Positions 1-10,117 of a stretch of 64,000 nucleotides of DNA are shown piece after piece. A model generated the notes under the pieces. That model was not told the DNA's origin. It worked only from the letters and a program-made list of their open reading frames with translations, and did no database searches. This DNA comes from Armatimonadota bacterium (GTDB taxonomy: Bacteria; Armatimonadota; DTGP01; JAKQQT01): positions 118,184-182,183 of the forward strand of contig DASXVS010000002.1 of the NCBI GenBank assembly GCA_036504095.1. The letters are read 5' to 3'. A program made the translations under genes and the position numbers. Position 1 is the first letter of the stretch, and each line of letters opens with the position of its first letter.

Positions 1-1554
1 TTTGATTTGTTGCGGCAAGATGGCGAAGACCTGGCTCCCCGGCCTCTGCTGGACCGCAAGGCGGCGCTGAAGGGCCTGCTGGAAACGGCTGGCAGCGATA
101 TTCTGCGGTACAGCGAACACGTTCGGGGTGACGGCGCGGAATTCCATTCCCTGGCGTGCCGCCACGGTCTGGAGGGCATCGTGTCCAAGCGGGCCGACAG
201 CGCTTACCATCCCGGCCGTGGCCTTGACTGGCTGAAGGTGAAATGCCGCCTCGTTCAGGAGTTTGTCGTTGGTGGCTACACGGAGCCCGAGGGGAGCCGA
301 AGCCATTTTGGCGCGCTGCTCGTCGGGACGTATGGCGGCGACGGCTGCCTGGTCTACGCCGGGAAGGTAGGCACCGGTTTCGATGAGCGCACGCTCGCTG
401 ACGTCGCCTCGCGCCTCGGAAAACTGGAGGCCGGCGAATCGCCGTTCTGTGCGGCGATCCCGCGCTCCGTCCAAAGAGGCGCGCGGTGGGTGAAGCCGCA
501 GATGGTCGTGGAGGCGGAGTTCGCCAACTGGACGGGCGATGGTCTCGTGCGTCAGGCGTCGTTCCAGGGCGTCCGCGAAGACAAGCCTGCCAGGGAGGTC
601 GTTCGCGAGGCGCCTTTGGCCGTTCCGGGAGTGAAAGGCGGGCCGAAGGTGAATAAGAAGGCCGCGACACCCTTGTATGCCGGTATTGAGCTCACGCACC
701 CGGACCGCATTGTCTATCCGGACATCCAGTTGACGAAAGCGGAACTGGCGGCCTATTTCGAGGCTGCGGCGCCCTGGATCCTTCCCCATCTTGCCGGGCG
801 GCCGCTCACCCTCGTCCGCTGCCCGGAAGGCGCATCGGGTAAGTGCTTCTACCAGAAGAATGCCGGCGCCAACCCTCCCGAGCACGTAGATCTGGTGTCG
901 GTGACCACGGACGACGGGCCGGCCCAGTATACGGCGATCTCGCGGATCGAGGGCCTGCTCCAACTCGTCCAGTTGGGCGTGCTGGAATTCCACACGTGGG
1001 GTGCGACGATGCCGCGTCTGGACCGGCCGGACCGAATCGTCTTCGACCTGGATCCGGATGAGGGCCTCGACCCCCAGAAGGTCGTGGAGGCCGCCAGGGC
1101 AGTCCGCGACCGCCTTTCGAATATCGGGTTGCTGAGCTTCGTCAAGACCACGGGGGGCAAGGGGCTCCACGTGGTGGTCCCGTTCTCACGCCGGCACACC
1201 TGGGAAGATGCGAAATCCTTCAGCAAAGCCATTGCGGAGAGCATGGTCCGGGAAGCCCCCGACCGATATACCTCCAACCTCCGCAAGGCGGAACGTACCG
1301 GCCGCGTCTTTATCGATTATCTGAGGAACGCCGAGGGGGCCACAGCGGTCGCCGCCTACTCCACGAGGGCACGCGCCGGTGCACCGGTCTCCGTGCCGAT
1401 CGGTTGGGAAGAACTGGACGCGAGCCTGCTCGTCGAACCGTTCACAGTCCGCACCGTCCAAACCCGCCTGTCGAGCGGAGACCCCTGGGCGGATTACGCC
1501 TCCACCCGCCAGAGCATCACCGGAAAGATGAGAAACGCCGTGGGCCTTCGCTGA
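1..1554 (+). CDS. ligD: ATP-dependent DNA ligase LigD, C-terminal part (ligase OB-fold region plus primase-polymerase domain); 5' end lies outside the window
   Basis: Frame is open to the window edge (ORF track 7..1554 is in frame with nt 1). Ligase-type segment GIVSKRADSAYHPGRGLDWLKVK followed by a LigD Pol-domain-like segment FVKTTGGKGLHVVVP. Confidence 0.75.
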   Translation, partial: FDLLRQDGEDLAPRPLLDRKAALKGLLETAGSDILRYSEHVRGDGAEFHSLACRHGLEGIVSKRADSAYHPGRGLDWLKVKCRLVQEFVVGGYTEPEGSRSHFGALLVGTYGGDGCLVYAGKVGTGFDERTLADVASRLGKLEAGESPFCAAIPRSVQRGARWVKPQMVVEAEFANWTGDGLVRQASFQGVREDKPAREVVREAPLAVPGVKGGPKVNKKAATPLYAGIELTHPDRIVYPDIQLTKAELAAYFEAAAPWILPHLAGRPLTLVRCPEGASGKCFYQKNAGANPPEHVDLVSVTTDDGPAQYTAISRIEGLLQLVQLGVLEFHTWGATMPRLDRPDRIVFDLDPDEGLDPQKVVEAARAVRDRLSNIGLLSFVKTTGGKGLHVVVPFSRRHTWEDAKSFSKAIAESMVREAPDRYTSNLRKAERTGRVFIDYLRNAEGATAVAAYSTRARAGAPVSVPIGWEELDASLLVEPFTVRTVQTRLSSGDPWADYASTRQSITGKMRNAVGLR

Positions 1555-1615
1555 CGCCTGTAGAAGCCCGTATGTGCCTCCTCAATAGCGCTGCCCCCTG
1601 GCATACAATGAAACT

Positions 1616-2278
1616 ATGGGTACGGAGACCGGTAAGGCGGGCAGGCTGAAGCACGACGAGGCGATTCGCCGCGTGCAGGAGTCGTGCGACGACCTCATCC
1701 GCATCATTACCCGCGACCACATCCCACCGGTCTCTTGCCGAGCGGGCTGCGATTGGTGCTGCCGCCAGCCGGTCTACATCACACCCCTTGAGGGAGTTGC
1801 GATTCGCGATTTCGTGACCCGGAACCGGATGGAGAAGCGCGTCCTGCGGGAAACAGAGCGCTACCTGGCGGAGGTCGGCGCGAAACGGCAAGGGCCGTCC
1901 GGCCTCGCGGCGCTGCACAAGAGCGTGCTGGGGGTGGGGCCGCCGCCGACCGACCGCCAGCGCCACGCCGTCTACGGCCCGAAGTGCATCTTCCTCAACC
2001 CGGACGGTCTCTGCTCCATCTACCCGGCGCGCCCTCTGATGTGCCGCGAGCACATCTCCTTTGACGACGTGCGGAAATGCGAGCGCGACGAGCCGTTCCT
2101 GGGGCTGGATAAGCCGAGATTTTCGGAGGTCACTTCGTACCTGACCCAGCGCTCCGTGGAACCACGCCTCCGTATGCTGCCGATTTGGGAGTACGAGCGC
2201 GCCGCCGCCCTCGCGGACGCCGCGCCCGAGGTGAAACCGGGCGAACTCAAAAAGGCGCTGCGGTGGAAAACGGGGTAG
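1616..2278 (+). CDS. YkgJ-family cysteine-cluster protein (putative Fe/Zn-chelating domain)
   Basis: 220-aa ORF with CRAGCDWCC cluster and later Cys residues typical of this family. Confidence 0.55.
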   Translation: MGTETGKAGRLKHDEAIRRVQESCDDLIRIITRDHIPPVSCRAGCDWCCRQPVYITPLEGVAIRDFVTRNRMEKRVLRETERYLAEVGAKRQGPSGLAALHKSVLGVGPPPTDRQRHAVYGPKCIFLNPDGLCSIYPARPLMCREHISFDDVRKCERDEPFLGLDKPRFSEVTSYLTQRSVEPRLRMLPIWEYERAAALADAAPEVKPGELKKALRWKTG

Positions 2279-2301
2279 AGCGAAATCCAGTGGATGAGTA
2301 A

Positions 2302-2344
2302 ATGAGTCAACGTGAGCAACGCGTCCGCGGACGCGTTGACTCAT
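2302..2344. terminator. Hairpin between convergent genes (possible bidirectional terminator)
   Basis: Inverted repeat ATGAGTCAACG...CGTTGACTCAT enclosing the perfect palindrome GCGTCCGCGGACGC, between the YkgJ-like stop and the nitroreductase stop. No U-tract. Confidence 0.4.
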
Positions 2345-3036
2345 TCACCCAATGACTTGATGCTTCCCGGATCGACTTCCTCCACCCATCGGACCTTGTC
2401 TGCCACCGGGCCCCGAGTGCCCTGCGGCCATTCGCCTTTGGGCCACCCCAGGTAGAAGAATCCGAGGAGGCGCGCCGGCGGCTTGAGGCCGACGAAACCG
2501 GCTACGTACGGGTCGATGAGCGTCGATCCGGTGGTCCACTTGCCGCCGAGACCGGCGGCCGAGGCCGCGAGGTGGAGGTTCTGGATGGCGCTTCCGACGG
2601 CGATGATCTCCTCGACCTCCGGCCTTACCGGCGTCCCATCGGGCCGCAACGCGGGCGACATCGCCACGGCGATCCACACCGGAGCGCTCCAGACCCGGTC
2701 GCGGAAGTCGTCGAATTTCGCTTGTTTGAATTCCCCGTCCGGGGTTGCCATTCGGTAGGCTTCCGAGAAAGCCTGCCCCAGGGCGCGACGCGATTCCCCA
2801 GTGTAGACGGTGAACCGCCACGGCTCGGTGCCGCCGTGGCTGGGCGCCCAGTTGGCGGCTTCGAGCAATTTCTCAATCAGAGGACGGTCCACGGGCCTGT
2901 CCGCCTGGAGACGAACGAGCGGAAAGCTGCGGCGATTCTCAATGGCTCGCAGAAGGCTGGTCAGGTTTTCCGGAAGCTCCTCAGGCATTACCCATTCCCC
3001 CGCCGACCACGACGGTACTCCGTCTTCAAACGGCAC
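2341..3036 (-). CDS. Nitroreductase family protein
   Basis: 231-aa ORF; LLRAIENRRSFP N-terminal motif and overall nitroreductase-like layout. Start may be at an internal Met (MPEELPENL). Confidence 0.7.
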   Translation of the reverse strand: MPFEDGVPSWSAGEWVMPEELPENLTSLLRAIENRRSFPLVRLQADRPVDRPLIEKLLEAANWAPSHGGTEPWRFTVYTGESRRALGQAFSEAYRMATPDGEFKQAKFDDFRDRVWSAPVWIAVAMSPALRPDGTPVRPEVEEIIAVGSAIQNLHLAASAAGLGGKWTTGSTLIDPYVAGFVGLKPPARLLGFFYLGWPKGEWPQGTRGPVADKVRWVEEVDPGSIKSLGE

Positions 3037-3173
3037 AGCCGTATGATAGCCGCCTCACTGCCGAGGGTCCACGGCGGCTATGGCGAACGCAATTCAGGAT
3101 TCGCTGAGATTGCCTTCCACGGAACACTTCGCCTCCGGCGCGGGTTCATGTCCATCGCTGCCGGAACTCCCTT

Positions 3174-4319
3174 GTGGAGCAACCGGCGCGCATGACTCCC
3201 GGACTGGAGACCAGGATGGCCTATCAGGATTCGATACATACGGCCGCGACAGAGGTTGTCGCGCCGCACACATATACTCTTCCCCCCGCGACCGGCGCCG
3301 GTTCCGCGGGATCGGGCCCATCGCCCGCTCATCTCTTTGCGGCCGTGAATGCCTTCCAGCAGACGGCTGTGCTGAAGTCGGCCGTCGAACTGGGCGTTTT
3401 CACGGCAATCGCCGATGGAGCCGCCACGCCGGCCGAAATCGGAGCGAAGTGCGGCGCCTCCGAGCGCGGAATTCGCATACTTTGCGATTTCCTCGTCGTC
3501 ATCGGCTTTCTCACCAAGGCGGGCGCAACGTATGCCCTCACGGAGGATTCCGCCGTGTTTCTCGCGCGCCAGTCCCGTGCGTATATGGGAGGCGCTCTGG
3601 ACTTCCTGCTGTCGCCGGCCATCGTCGGCGGGTTCCAGGACCTCACCGCCGCGGTGCGCAACGGTGGCACGACAATGCCGCACGAGGGAGCCCTGGCGCC
3701 AGACCACCCGATGTGGGTGCAGTTCGCGCAATCGATGGTCCCCATGATGATGATGCCGGCGCAGGCGATCGCGGGCATCGTCAACGGCGAGGCGCCGCGC
3801 TCCCTCAAAATCCTGGACATCGCCGCCGGCCACGGGATGTTCGGAATCACCATCGCGCAGCGAAACCCCGCGGCCCAAATCGTCGCCCTGGACTGGCCAA
3901 ACGTGCTGGAGATTGCCAAGGGGAATGCGCGAGACGCGGGAGTCAGCGACCGCTACGAAACCATCTCCGGCAGCGCCTTCGACGTCGATTTCGGAACCGG
4001 CTATGACGTGGTCCTGTTGACCAACTTCATACACCACTTCGACGTTCCCGCCAACGATGCTCTCCTGCGCAAAGTCCATGCCGCATTGGCGCCGGCCGGC
4101 CGGGTGGTCGCGCTGGAATTCGTGCCCAATGAAGATCGCGTCTCTCCCCCCATGCCGGCGACCTTCAGCATGATGATGCTGGCTTCCACCCCGGCCGGCG
4201 ACGCATACACCGCCGGACAGTTGACGGGCATGTACGCCGATGCTGGATTCCCAAGGTGCGAAGTGATCCCGTTGCCGCCCTCGCCTGAATCGGCCGTTGT
4301 CGGCTACAAGGAAAGCTGA
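3174..4319 (+). CDS. Class I SAM-dependent O-methyltransferase (with N-terminal dimerisation-like region)
   Basis: SAM-binding-like ILDIAAGHGMFGITIA, followed by VALDWPNV and VLLTNFIHHF. True start uncertain. Confidence 0.7.
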   Translation: MEQPARMTPGLETRMAYQDSIHTAATEVVAPHTYTLPPATGAGSAGSGPSPAHLFAAVNAFQQTAVLKSAVELGVFTAIADGAATPAEIGAKCGASERGIRILCDFLVVIGFLTKAGATYALTEDSAVFLARQSRAYMGGALDFLLSPAIVGGFQDLTAAVRNGGTTMPHEGALAPDHPMWVQFAQSMVPMMMMPAQAIAGIVNGEAPRSLKILDIAAGHGMFGITIAQRNPAAQIVALDWPNVLEIAKGNARDAGVSDRYETISGSAFDVDFGTGYDVVLLTNFIHHFDVPANDALLRKVHAALAPAGRVVALEFVPNEDRVSPPMPATFSMMMLASTPAGDAYTAGQLTGMYADAGFPRCEVIPLPPSPESAVVGYKES

Positions 4320-4342
4320 ATCGTAAGTAATACGTGGCCTTG

Positions 4343-4386
4343 TCCTGCGCCTTACCGCCTTCAGATGAGCGCGGTAAGGCGCAGGA
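4343..4386. terminator. Perfect 16-bp stem hairpin downstream of the methyltransferase gene
   Basis: TCCTGCGCCTTACCGC / GCGGTAAGGCGCAGGA inverted repeat with a 12-nt loop, 24 nt after the stop at 4319. No U-tract. Confidence 0.45.
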
Positions 4387-4480
4387 TTGCCTCGCGTGCC
4401 CGTGCGGATCCCGGCGGGATTTGCGGCCTTGATGGCGGTTCAGTACACAATGCATCATCAACGCGATGAGGTGTATCTCC

Positions 4481-7400
4481 ATGAAGACCGGTATGCGCTG
4501 TCTGCTCTGGTTTGCCGCGGTATTGTCCCTCTCCAGTTCGGCGTTAGCAGGTGCCCTCGAAACGGGCTTTCACTCGCCCCCTCCATCCGCCCGGCCGTGG
4601 GTCTACTGGTTCTGGCTGAACGGTAACATCACCCGGGAAGGCATCACGGCCGACCTGGAGGCGATGGAGCGCGTCGGCATCGGTGGCGTGCTGATCATGG
4701 AAGTGGACCAGGGCGCCCCCAGAGGCCCGGTCGATTTCATGGGCGCCCAATGGAGGGCATTGTTCGCCCACGCCGCATCTGAGGCGAAACGCCTCGGCCT
4801 CGAAATCAACATGAACAACGACGCGGGCTGGAACGGCAGCGGCGGCCCGTGGATCAAGCCAGAACAATCCATGCAGAAGGTGGTCTGGAGTGAAACCTCT
4901 CTCGCAGGTCCGCAGCGCTTCGAAGGGACGCTTCCCCAACCCCAGACCGTTGCCGGCTTCTACCGCGACATCGAGGTGCTCGCATTCCCGACACCCGGGC
5001 CGTACCGGATACCGGATATCCAGGTGAAGGCTGCGTATCAGGTGGGCGCGGTTGGCGCGGCGGAGGCAGCTGACCTGGCACCGGAGATGGTCATCGACAC
5101 GAAGCAGGTCACCGACATCACCTCCCGGATGGATGCGACCGGGCGAGTCAATTGGGACGTTCCTGCGGGAAATTGGACCGTCATGCGCTTCGGGCATACG
5201 AGCACCGGCGCCGTCAATGCGCCCGCCCCGGAAACCGGCCGTGGGCTTGAATGCGACAAGTTGAGCGTGGAAGGCGCCGAGGCGAATTTCGGCGGAATGA
5301 TGGCCAAACTCGTCGCGGACACCGGCTCCGCTCCCGGCAAGGCGCTGGTTGCCACGCACGTGGATAGCTGGGAGAACGGGTCGCAGAACTGGACCGCCCG
5401 CATGCGCGACGAGTTCCGGCACCGGCGCGGTTACGACCCGCTGCCGTTTCTGCCCGTGATGACCGGCCGCGTGGTCGGGAGCGCGGAGGTATCGGAACGA
5501 TTCCTATGGGATCTTCGCCGTACCATTTCCGAACTCGTCGTTCAGAACTACGCCGGACGCATCCGGGGCCTCGCCCACGCGAACGGCCTGAGATTCACCA
5601 CCGAGGCGTACGGCGGCCCGTGCGACGACCTCCCCTACGGAGGGCAGGCGGACGAACCGATGGGCGAGTTCTGGATGGGCGGAGGCTCCATCGAGACGTG
5701 CCGGGGCATGGCCTCGGCCGCGCACGTCTACGGCAAGCCCATCGTCGGGGCGGAGTCGTTCACCGCCGGCAGTGACGAGCGGTGGCTCCAACACCCCGCT
5801 TCAATCAAATCTCTCGGAGACCGCGCCTTCTGCGAGGGAATCAACCGCTTCGTCTTCCACCGTTACGCGATGCAGCCGTGGGTGGATAACCGGCGTCCCG
5901 GTATGACGATGGGCCCGTGGGGGCTTCACTACGAGCGCACACAAACGTGGTGGAACCAGTCTGCCGCGTGGCACACCTACCTCGCGCGCTGCCAGCAACT
6001 GCTGCGGCAGGGAAGATACGCGGCCGATATCTGCTACCTCCAGGCAGAGGCGCCACCGCAGGCGTTCAACGGACACAGGCCGGCCGGTTACGCCTGGGAC
6101 GAGTGCCCCGCCGAAGCCGTGCTCACACGCATGACGGTGAAGAACGGGCGCATCGTGCTGCCTGACGGGATGAGCTATCGGGTTCTGGTGCTGTCCGAGT
6201 CGCGAAACATGACGCCCGCCCTGCTGCGGAAGCTCGGCGACCTCGTGAAGGCCGGCGCAACCGTTATCGGCCCGCGTCCGCTGAAGTCGCCGAGCCTGAG
6301 CGGCTATCCGCAGTGCGATGACGAAGTGAAGCGACTGGCCGACGAAATATGGGGCGATTGCGACGGCAAAGGCGTGAAGGAGCACCGGTATGGCCTCGGG
6401 CGCGTGATATGGGGCGTCGCGCCGGAGAAGATTCTCTCTGGCTCGGGAACGGGACCGGATTTCACCGGCGGGCAGCGCCTGAACTGGATCCACCGCACTG
6501 TCGGAACCACGGAGATCTACTTCCTGGCCAACCCCCAGGCGAAGCGCGTGGCGGCAGCGTGCACGTTCCGCGTAAGCGGCAAGACGCCCGAGTTGTGGTG
6601 GCCGGAAGCTGGTCGCATCGAGCGCGCTCCGATATACCGCCTGGACAAGGGCGCTACGACCGTCCTGCTGCCGCTTGGGCCCAGCGAGTCCGTCTTCGTC
6701 GTCTTCCGGAGCGCCGCCGCGAAGAGCGACCCGGTGATGGCGGTCAAACGCGGCGGTACGACCGTGCTCTCCCTGGTGTCCGGTCCCGCGCTCCCGATCG
6801 TCGTGAAGAGAGCTTCGTACGGCGTTCTGGGTGACCCCGCCCGGACACGGGACGTCCGGGCAGAGGTTCAGCGCCTCGCTGACTCCGGCGAGCGCGAGTT
6901 TCAGGTCGCGGAAATGGCGGCCGGCGATGATCCCGCATACGGCATCGTCAAGACGCTCATCGTTGATTACACGTTAGGCGGTAAGCGGGCTACGGCCAGA
7001 GGCGTCGATCCTGAGCGCATAGACCTGGATTCATTCACGCCGGATACAGCCCCGCAGTGCGAGCTGGCCGGTTCGGGCAGCCTCGAGCGCCTCACCGTTT
7101 GGCAGCCGGGCCGATACACGGTCGTACGCGCAAGCGGCAGGGCTCAGATTCTGACCATGCCCGATGTTCCAGCTGCTTTGAGCATCGGAGGCCCATGGAC
7201 GGTCTCATTCCCGCCCGGTAACGGCGCACCGGAGAGGATTCGGCTGGAACGGTTGGCCTCTCTGTCCGACTATCCCGATCCGGGTGTGAAGTACTTCTCC
7301 GGAACGGCGGTGTGGCGCACGACAATACACGCGCCGGCCGGCGCGTTCGGCAACGGCCGCACGATGCGGCTGGAACTCGGCGACGTTCAGGTGATCGCCG

Positions 7401-7744
7401 AGGTGAAACTGAACGGCAAGGGCCTAGGCATCCTCTGGAAGCCCCCGTACAGCGTGGACGTAACCGCCGCGCTCAAGCCCGGCGTGAACAGCCTGGAGGT
7501 CAAGGTGACCAACCTGTGGCCGAACAGGTTGGTCGGCGACGAGCAATTGCCCGAAGACAGCGATCGTAACGGGGACGGCACGCTCAAATCCTGGCCGCAA
7601 TGGCTGATCGACGGTAAACCCAGCCCGACCGGTCGCCTCACGTTCACCAGTTGGCGCTTGTGGAGGAAGGACGATGCCCTGCTGCCATCGGGCCTGCTTG
7701 GTCCGGTGACGATCCGGGCGGGCCGAACGTTCGTAATTGAGTGA
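4481..7744 (+). CDS. Secreted glycoside hydrolase, large (~1087 aa); possibly GH106-like (alpha-L-rhamnosidase family)
   Basis: Signal peptide MKTGMRCLLWFAAVLSLSSSALA; N-terminal motif ARPWVYWFWLNGNITREGITADLEAMERVGIGGV recalled from large CAZyme families; GAGGTG Shine-Dalgarno 7 nt upstream of the ATG at 4481. Family needs HMM confirmation. Confidence 0.55.
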   Translation: MKTGMRCLLWFAAVLSLSSSALAGALETGFHSPPPSARPWVYWFWLNGNITREGITADLEAMERVGIGGVLIMEVDQGAPRGPVDFMGAQWRALFAHAASEAKRLGLEINMNNDAGWNGSGGPWIKPEQSMQKVVWSETSLAGPQRFEGTLPQPQTVAGFYRDIEVLAFPTPGPYRIPDIQVKAAYQVGAVGAAEAADLAPEMVIDTKQVTDITSRMDATGRVNWDVPAGNWTVMRFGHTSTGAVNAPAPETGRGLECDKLSVEGAEANFGGMMAKLVADTGSAPGKALVATHVDSWENGSQNWTARMRDEFRHRRGYDPLPFLPVMTGRVVGSAEVSERFLWDLRRTISELVVQNYAGRIRGLAHANGLRFTTEAYGGPCDDLPYGGQADEPMGEFWMGGGSIETCRGMASAAHVYGKPIVGAESFTAGSDERWLQHPASIKSLGDRAFCEGINRFVFHRYAMQPWVDNRRPGMTMGPWGLHYERTQTWWNQSAAWHTYLARCQQLLRQGRYAADICYLQAEAPPQAFNGHRPAGYAWDECPAEAVLTRMTVKNGRIVLPDGMSYRVLVLSESRNMTPALLRKLGDLVKAGATVIGPRPLKSPSLSGYPQCDDEVKRLADEIWGDCDGKGVKEHRYGLGRVIWGVAPEKILSGSGTGPDFTGGQRLNWIHRTVGTTEIYFLANPQAKRVAAACTFRVSGKTPELWWPEAGRIERAPIYRLDKGATTVLLPLGPSESVFVVFRSAAAKSDPVMAVKRGGTTVLSLVSGPALPIVVKRASYGVLGDPARTRDVRAEVQRLADSGEREFQVAEMAAGDDPAYGIVKTLIVDYTLGGKRATARGVDPERIDLDSFTPDTAPQCELAGSGSLERLTVWQPGRYTVVRASGRAQILTMPDVPAALSIGGPWTVSFPPGNGAPERIRLERLASLSDYPDPGVKYFSGTAVWRTTIHAPAGAFGNGRTMRLELGDVQVIAEVKLNGKGLGILWKPPYSVDVTAALKPGVNSLEVKVTNLWPNRLVGDEQLPEDSDRNGDGTLKSWPQWLIDGKPSPTGRLTFTSWRLWRKDDALLPSGLLGPVTIRAGRTFVIE

Positions 7745-7850
7745 AGGAAGGCCGGGTGGTGAATCGCCCGCCCGGCTTGCTATCCGACCTTCCAGCATGC
7801 AGTATGATGGCAGGGACGCATGGCGTCGATTGGTCTGCAATCGTGAGCAA

Positions 7851-9212
7851 ATGAGAACCCTCACTCTTCACCGCGCTCTGAAATGGCTGCTGGCGCTGTG
7901 CCTCGGCGCCGCCGCCGTGTTGTGGCTGCTGCGTCCGGTTGGGCAGGTGGCGCCGGTGTCGAACGCGGTCACCGCCGGCTCCACAGCCCGTAAAGGCAAC
8001 GTCACCGTCTGGAGCTGGAACATCGCGGCTAAGAGCCTTCAGCAGTTGGTCCCCGCCTTCGAGAAGCGCCACCCCGGGGTTCGCGTCAACGTGGACATGA
8101 CAGGCGCGCGGATGACCACCCGTCTGATGCTGTCGCTGGCCTCCGGCGTCGGCGCACCGGACGTCTCCCAATTCGAACTCAGCGACGCACCGCGTTACAT
8201 CGCCACCGGCAAACTCGCGGATCTCACGCCGGTCGCGATGAAGTACCGTTCCAGCTTCCCGGCTTACCTGTGGGACAACTGTATGATGGACGGGAGGGTC
8301 TACGCGATCCCGTGGGACATGGGCCCGTGCGCCGTCTTCTACAAGCGAAGCCTCTTCAAGAAATACGGCGTGGATCCCGATCGCATCGAGACGTGGGACG
8401 ACTATATCCGCGCCGGGCAGGCCATCTTGCGCAAGTCCGGCGGCCGCACGAAGATGCTCCCGCTGGGCGCCAATGCCTTGAACTGGACGTTTCAGATGCT
8501 GATCCAGCAGACGGGTGGCCAGATATTTGACGCTCAGGGGCGCATCGCGATCAACTCGCCACAGTCGCGCAAGGCACTGGACATCATGCGCCGGATGCGC
8601 GCCGCCGGGATCTGCTCGGATGTTCCGATATTCAGCCAGGAATACCTCGCCAGCATCAATGCGGACACCATCGCCTCCTATCCCGCCGCCGTCTGGATGG
8701 CCGGAACGATGAAGGATACCGCCCGGGACTACGCAAAGGGCGATATCACCTGGGGCGTGTTCCGCCTGCCCGCCATGGAGCACGGCGGCAAGCGCGTCGC
8801 CAACCTCGGGGGCTCCGTGCTCGTTATACCGGCCCAGTGTCGCAATAAGGAAGCCGCCTGGGCGTTCATCGAATACGCTCTTTGCACCCGCGAAGGGCAG
8901 TTGGCCCAGTATCGCAACTTCAGCCTGTTCCCGGGCTACCTCCCCGCGCTCCGCCACCCGGGCGTGGACGATCCCGACCCGTTCTTCAGCGGCCAGCCCG
9001 CCGGCAAGGTCTTCGTGACCGACGTCACCAGCATCTCCCGCCTCAACATGACCCCCAACTGGGCATCGGCCGTCGGATACCTCGACCAAGACCTCAGCCA
9101 CTGGGCCGCCACGGGGATGCGCAACGAAGGCTTCTTCGAGAACGTCGAGCGGAAGCTCCAGCGGAGGCTGGGAGTGCCTCTGGCGCCGCAAACCGGGAGG
9201 GTTCCGCGATGA
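7851..9212 (+). CDS. ABC transporter substrate-binding protein (carbohydrate, family 1 solute-binding)
   Basis: Signal peptide MRTLTLHRALKWLLALCLGAAAVLWLL; sugar-binding-protein-like layout; first gene of a three-gene transporter operon. Start moved to the internal Met by codon arithmetic. Confidence 0.75.
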   Translation: MRTLTLHRALKWLLALCLGAAAVLWLLRPVGQVAPVSNAVTAGSTARKGNVTVWSWNIAAKSLQQLVPAFEKRHPGVRVNVDMTGARMTTRLMLSLASGVGAPDVSQFELSDAPRYIATGKLADLTPVAMKYRSSFPAYLWDNCMMDGRVYAIPWDMGPCAVFYKRSLFKKYGVDPDRIETWDDYIRAGQAILRKSGGRTKMLPLGANALNWTFQMLIQQTGGQIFDAQGRIAINSPQSRKALDIMRRMRAAGICSDVPIFSQEYLASINADTIASYPAAVWMAGTMKDTARDYAKGDITWGVFRLPAMEHGGKRVANLGGSVLVIPAQCRNKEAAWAFIEYALCTREGQLAQYRNFSLFPGYLPALRHPGVDDPDPFFSGQPAGKVFVTDVTSISRLNMTPNWASAVGYLDQDLSHWAATGMRNEGFFENVERKLQRRLGVPLAPQTGRVPR

Positions 9213-10117
9213 CGAACACGCCACGGGCGCAATGGTGGGCGGAAGTGAAGCGATACCGGCACTTCTACCTCTTCGTGTCGCCGTTTTTCATCCTTTTCGC
9301 CGTCTTCGGCCTCTACCCGCTGCTGTTCTCGCTGTTCCTCAGCTTCATGAAGTGGGACGGCCTCACGGCGTGGCATTTTGTCGGCGCGTCCAACTTCGTG
9401 GCGATGGCGGACGACGAAATCCTCTGGCGCAGCCTGTGGAACACGCTGGTCATCGGACTGCTGTATATTCCGCCGATGATGATCCTGGCGTTTCTGTTCG
9501 CCCAGGTGCTGAACACGCAATGGCTGAAGATGCGGGCGTTCTACCGAGCCGCGTTCTTCCTGCCCTGCGTGACCCCGATGGTGGTCATCGCCATCGTGTT
9601 CAGCCTGATCTTCAGCGCTGAAAGGGGCGTCCTGAACTACTGGCTGGGCTTTGCGGGGGTAAAGGCGGTCCCGTGGCTCACCAGCGAGGAGTGGTCGAAG
9701 GTTTCGGTGGCCATCCTCGTCGTGTGGCGATGGACCGGCTATAACATGATCCTCATGCTGGCCGGATTGCAGGGGATCCCAGGCGAGTACTACGAGGCGG
9801 CGATGGTGGATGGCGCCGGCGCGCTTCAGCGCATGCGCGCGATCACCATGCCGATGATGCGGCCCACCTTTCTGTTCTGCGGATTGCTCTCACTGCTGGG
9901 CACCATCTATATGTTCGACGAGATCTTCGTCCTCACCAGCGGCGGCCCGGGCACTTCGTCGACCAACTTCGGGATGTACCTCTTCAACATCTCGTTCGGC
10001 GATTTCCGGTTCGGATACGCGTCGTGCGTGGCATACACGGTGGCCGTGGCCGTCTTCCTGGTGACCTGGCTTGTGTCGAAGGCCAACCGGCGCGGACTCG
10101 ATGAGGGCCACGCATGA
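9209..10117 (+). CDS. Sugar ABC transporter permease (MalF/UgpA-like)
   Basis: Multi-TM protein; ATG overlaps the upstream stop (ATGA coupling); permease-type conserved loop region around EAAMVDGAGALQRMRAITMP. Confidence 0.8.
   Translation: MTNTPRAQWWAEVKRYRHFYLFVSPFFILFAVFGLYPLLFSLFLSFMKWDGLTAWHFVGASNFVAMADDEILWRSLWNTLVIGLLYIPPMMILAFLFAQVLNTQWLKMRAFYRAAFFLPCVTPMVVIAIVFSLIFSAERGVLNYWLGFAGVKAVPWLTSEEWSKVSVAILVVWRWTGYNMILMLAGLQGIPGEYYEAAMVDGAGALQRMRAITMPMMRPTFLFCGLLSLLGTIYMFDEIFVLTSGGPGTSSTNFGMYLFNISFGDFRFGYASCVAYTVAVAVFLVTWLVSKANRRGLDEGHA

Noticed and set aside
3078-4079. Long ORFs on both strands (3078..4079 minus, 3080..4006 plus) overlapping the O-methyltransferase gene
   Set aside because: No recognisable protein features and Arg/Pro/Gly-rich translations typical of off-frame reading in high-GC DNA; the methyltransferase frame carries real motifs.
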